A stretch of 63,889 nt of DNA, the filler included, from Bilabrum cf. latius (lineage: Eukaryota), in NCBI GenBank assembly GCA_965178125.1. It is 3 parts of 3 records of this genome, joined end to end, with 100 filler letters (N's around TTAATTAATTAA, not from the genome) between each part and the next. Parts side by side here need not be neighbours in the genome. Positions count along the whole stretch, not along the records: positions 48,679 to 63,889 come from CBCXTV010000056.1; 2 more parts are not named here. One strand, given 5' to 3'. Under the pieces are notes generated by a model. It saw only the letters and a program-made list of their open reading frames with translations. It was not told the DNA's origin and ran no database searches. A program made the position numbers and the translations under genes. Positions 59,961 through 63,889 of the stretch are shown piece after piece; within the stretch, counting starts at the first letter, position 1, and every line of letters starts with the position of its first letter.

Positions 59961-62730
59961 TTCCGTGTACTTGATCATGTACCTCATGGCTGGGCCGCCC
60001 GCAACATCGACGCTTGCCGCCGCGCCGGCGTGTTCCGCCGGGGCGTCGACCCCGGAAAGTGTTTCGGTACGCAAAAAGCGGTCACATGGGAGGCCCGGAA
60101 AGCATGGCATCACCCTTGCCGTCCACATCACTGCGTCGTGGGATGCTGCTCAAGATAACTCGGCGTCTGTTTAGTCGAGGGCTGTCTTGACTAGGAATGT
60201 GGCGGTGAAATCCAGGAGTTCCGTCTGCATCGTCAGGCTCTTGCCTTTGTGTACCATATCAAGAGGAGAGGGAAGACATGCAAAACCGACCCGCCACTAA
60301 TTCTATCCTACGGCCAAGCCACCTGCGGCGTCCGCGCGACTGGGCGTGCACGAAAACCGGCGCACTGCATTGCTTAAAGTGCCTCGCTCCCAAGCGAAGT
60401 AGTATTGGTGCGCTTGCAGCGGCACTTATCGGTGCGCCGGAGGTCACCACACGAGCATGTCGGCCGGCAGCTCGCAAACTCCACCTACGTGCTGGGAGTG
60501 GCACATTCTACTGCTTGAAGTGCCACACTGCCGAGCGAAGGAAGCACCTCTTGGTACGCCCCTCTTGGTACGCTTGCAGCGGCGCTTATCGGTGCGCCGT
60601 GGGGAACGGCTCGCGTGGGATTCGGAGGCGTACCCGGCCCACGACGGGAAGAGTTCCCCAGTTACGTCTGGAGTGATTGGGGGACAAGGTGGGCATCAAG
60701 TCGGCGCCTCCTAAGCGTATCACAGAGGATGACGAACCGCCCGCCCCGCTTCGATCCCGACCTCGAGGTGCACTCGATATCAAGGCGGAACGCTGGAAAT
60801 CCGCCCCGAAACCCTCCATGTTTGTTGACAAGGACCCAGGCTGCGCTCCGACAAGCTGACAAACTTCGCCAGCTTCCGAAGGGTCTTCATTAAATATTCA
60901 ACGCTTCGGGGTCAATGAGGTAATGCACTACCAAAGAGCAGCTGGGACGTGTGTCGTCCGAGATGACAAAGATCGTGGGCATCATCGATCCAGAGGCGTC
61001 AAAGGCACGGACGGCGCGGGCGACATTGACCCCGACGAGCTGGAGGTCCTGGACCGCGTCTGGACGCCCCATCCGGAAGTATTCCTAAGCGCTCCCAACG
61101 GACGAGACCTTCTCTGTCTGAAATCAGGCACCCAACCCTTCCGCACAAGGTGAAGAGAGAACGCCGACGGACAGTATCCTCTCTTTAGCACATCGGGCAT
61201 CCAACCCCTCCGCACAGGTGAGCAAGCAACGAGTTCCCTTCTCGCGACGTCCGGATCATTTTGAAGCGTTGGAATTTTCGCGCGCTGAGCAGACCCCAAA
61301 TTTACGATGAAGAAGCCCAAATCCTGCGTCCATGAAGGCCTTGCGAGGCCGCCTGCTATTGGCAGTCGACGCTCGGGGATCCACTGCGCAATGCAGTTTT
61401 GCAGAGCGATGCAGTATGCGCGGGAAGACGGCAAAATGGATCCGTATCTTTGGGACGAGGTCTGTGCATCGCACAGCTGCCGCACGGAGAGCTGCTTCCG
61501 TTCCACGGCTGGTGAGGGCCCGATGCTGCTCCACTCATGCCCCACGGCCACACACTAAGAGGAGCGGATTGTGTCAGGATCCCGCCGCAGCATGGGTACG
61601 CGGATCTGCCTCCATAGGGACGGACGGGAGGAGCTGCCGGCGGAGGGCGGGCGGGGGTCCGGCCAAGCCAAGCGGCCAGGTACTTCACGCTCTGCCCTAT
61701 GGCGCTGGGTTCTGTGAGGCGGGGCCTATCTGTGATCCTCGGCTCTGTGAAGGTGCGAAGCGCTATTCACGATTCGACTTCGCCTTACTCCTGGATGAGG
61801 CGGCGGAGCTGCGAGCTGGGATCTCTTCCTGTGGCGTCCGAGCGCGATGGCGAGTGCACGCTTGGCCGTCATAGAGAAAGGCACGGCGAAGTACCACATC
61901 TTCGCCACCCACCACATTTCGCCAAGCGCCACGTCGTTGGCAGGCTTTGAACGCGAAATGACGAATTCTGTGCGCGTTGTGTGTGCCTGACAGTGAGCGT
62001 CCTTGGCGCCCTCAGCTCCCGCTCTGTGCGTTGATTTGGACGCGTACCCGGCTCGCGTGGGCATGGACCTCCCCAATCCGGCAGGACCGTGAGCTCCTGG
62101 CATCCCACCTCTGTCTTAGAAGTTTTCCGGTTTTTGGCGCAAACCTTCTGGAGCAGACGACAGCAGCGAAAGACCCACCCAAGCTCCGCGGGAAGTGTGA
62201 TACCTCTACGGTTCCGGCATCTACTTGGCCGTGCACATATGCAAGGCGATGCACTACACCTGCGCGTCCGGCTGCACCCGCTTGAACGACAGGTTCCTCT
62301 CCGTGCAAGTGGTTCCGCGACAACAAGGTCGTGGAAGTGACAGACTAGGAGAGTACGCCGGGTTCAGATTCACGCCCATCAGGGACAGGTCCGGGTCCCG
62401 CGCTCGCGCTACCGCGTGAGGAGGCTATGCGCACGTATGAGGAGGGGAGAACTTCGTATAATAGTCTCTCGCAGACTCGAACTTTTGGCTCTCACCGAAG
62501 GACGGAATGTTAGCCCTCCGCTACTTACGGTGTCTTTAGCTTCCGCCCTACACGTTCCCCGCCCGTGGTCAAGAGGGAGTTTGTCGAGACACGCACCCGC
62601 CCGAAAGCTCCGGTCCTCTAAGCGCTCACGATCTCCCGCCCAGCGCGGTGCGAGCCCGCTTCACCGGGACTTGTCGCGTGCCTACGGAGGTGTCTTTTCC
62701 GAACCTGCCACTGAAGACGTTAGGGAGCGA

Positions 62731-62985
62731 CGGGGAACGGATGCACAACGGTATGCCACCCATGTCCTCGAGGAATCCACCAAGACGTTGTGGCCCGAGG
62801 TAGTGCGATTTTCGGGAGAAGGATTCTTAGTACCTTATAGGGTACCCCCCAGGATCGCACTACGTGGGTTTGGGGGGTTGGTCTCCTTTCCTCTTGTTTT
62901 CGTGTGCACTCTTCTGCGACCGCCCCCCCCGGGGAACGGATGCACAACGGTATGCCACCCATGTCCTCGAGAGATCCACCAAGAT
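62731..62985 (+). repeat. ~55-bp direct repeat at ~200-bp spacing
   Basis: cggggaacggatgcacaacggtatgccacccatgtcctcgag..atccaccaaga near 62731 and 62930. Confidence 0.8.
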
Positions 62986-63616
62986 CCGCACATACCTCTG
63001 CGGTGAACAGCACGTTACATGAGACCCTGACCGACCCGAGAGTCTCTGCCCTCAGTCTCCACGACTTCCCGCAGGATCCGCCCCGCTCCCACCGACGGCT
63101 CCTGCCGTACGTACGACACACCATTTTCAAAAGAGCATTGGCACCCGCTCCTCACCTAAGCGACGCTACTGTCGCTGCGGTCCCTCACGGCACGCTCTCC
63201 GGTCCGCCCGGTGCGAACTCAGAGTCGTCGTCTGTCGAAACGTGGTCGCTGTGGAAGATGTTGCTCTGGCCGTCTGAGGACACGGCATCCTGCCAGTATC
63301 GGCGCAACTGCTCCGCCACGTCCATGGCCGCACGGGAGCTCAGCGGGATCTGCTCGAAGAGAGCGTTACTGTCGTGCACTGCAAACAGCTTGGCCGCGAC
63401 GCGATCTTGATGGCAAATTTCGAGTGTGGCGCGGATCCGGAAACAGTAGCCGTCCGGAAAGTTGCCCTGCATCAACTGGTCCTCCACCGCACACTGCGTG
63501 CACCAAATAGACCGCTCGGTACGTCGTATGTAGCCGGGCCACAGGGAATGCAGCAACGAGTACTGAGCCCGACGCAAGCTCTTCGGGTTGAAGCTGTCCG
63601 CGTGCTTGACCCGACT

Positions 63617-63870
63617 GCAGGCCTGGCACTTGAGGTTGGTGATCACGGCCGACTGCTCCCCAGCCAAATACCAGATCGTACGCGAGCGCAGCCTACGAGG
63701 AATCCACTGGCCCGACTTCCGGGGCAGGACCATCGCCAAGAGCTTCGACTGCGGCGCGTCGATCTGCACCCTCGACCCGCAATCGCTGAGCGTAATGGCG
63801 TCGTCGAACACCCACGTGCCGCCCCAAGCATGACGCCTGCGCTGCTGCCGGGAGCTCCGGTTCGGTACCT
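63617..63870 (+). repeat. Diverged copy of 58692-58945 (gene-fragment module)
   Basis: Minus-strand translation FDDAITLSDCGSRVQIDAPQSK...SAVITNLKCQAC at both loci. Confidence 0.88.
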
Positions 63871-63889
63871 CGCGAGGCCTGTCGGAAGG

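Overview
The window joins three eukaryotic contigs with two artificial 100-nt spacers (N44-TTAATTAATTAA-N44 at 24329-24428 and 48579-48678). Contig 1 (1-24328) looks dinoflagellate-like. It has GA/GC/GT-AG introns with AG|G junctions, hypothetical multi-exon genes, 11-bp minisatellite blocks in alternating orientation, a retroelement aspartic-protease relic and a CACTA/Plavaka-like transposase. Contig 2 (24429-48578) is a left chromosome end of a compact-genome protist. About 15 kb of (CCCTAA)n tracts are interrupted by 12 co-oriented inserts, ten of them built from 155-bp satellite units. The inserts share a fixed ~62-bp centromere-side terminus fused to telomeric repeats and have variable, telomere-healed tip-side ends; one still carries the 3' end of an ORF. 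This is the pattern expected of a telomere-targeted, 5'-truncated (retro)element family. Inward lie a 55-bp G-rich satellite and genes for dihydrolipoamide dehydrogenase, a Tctex-type dynein light chain, a PAN/apple-GH79 hydrolase and a UBX/zinc-finger protein. The last two read through four in-frame TAG codons, while the clear gene ends use TGA, suggesting UAG stop-to-sense reassignment. Contig 3 (48679-63889) has a pogo/DDE_1 transposase and a patchwork of duplicated, inverted and frameshifted gene fragments (Cys-rich zinc finger, GT25-like). All calls come from reading the sequence by eye; no database searches were run.
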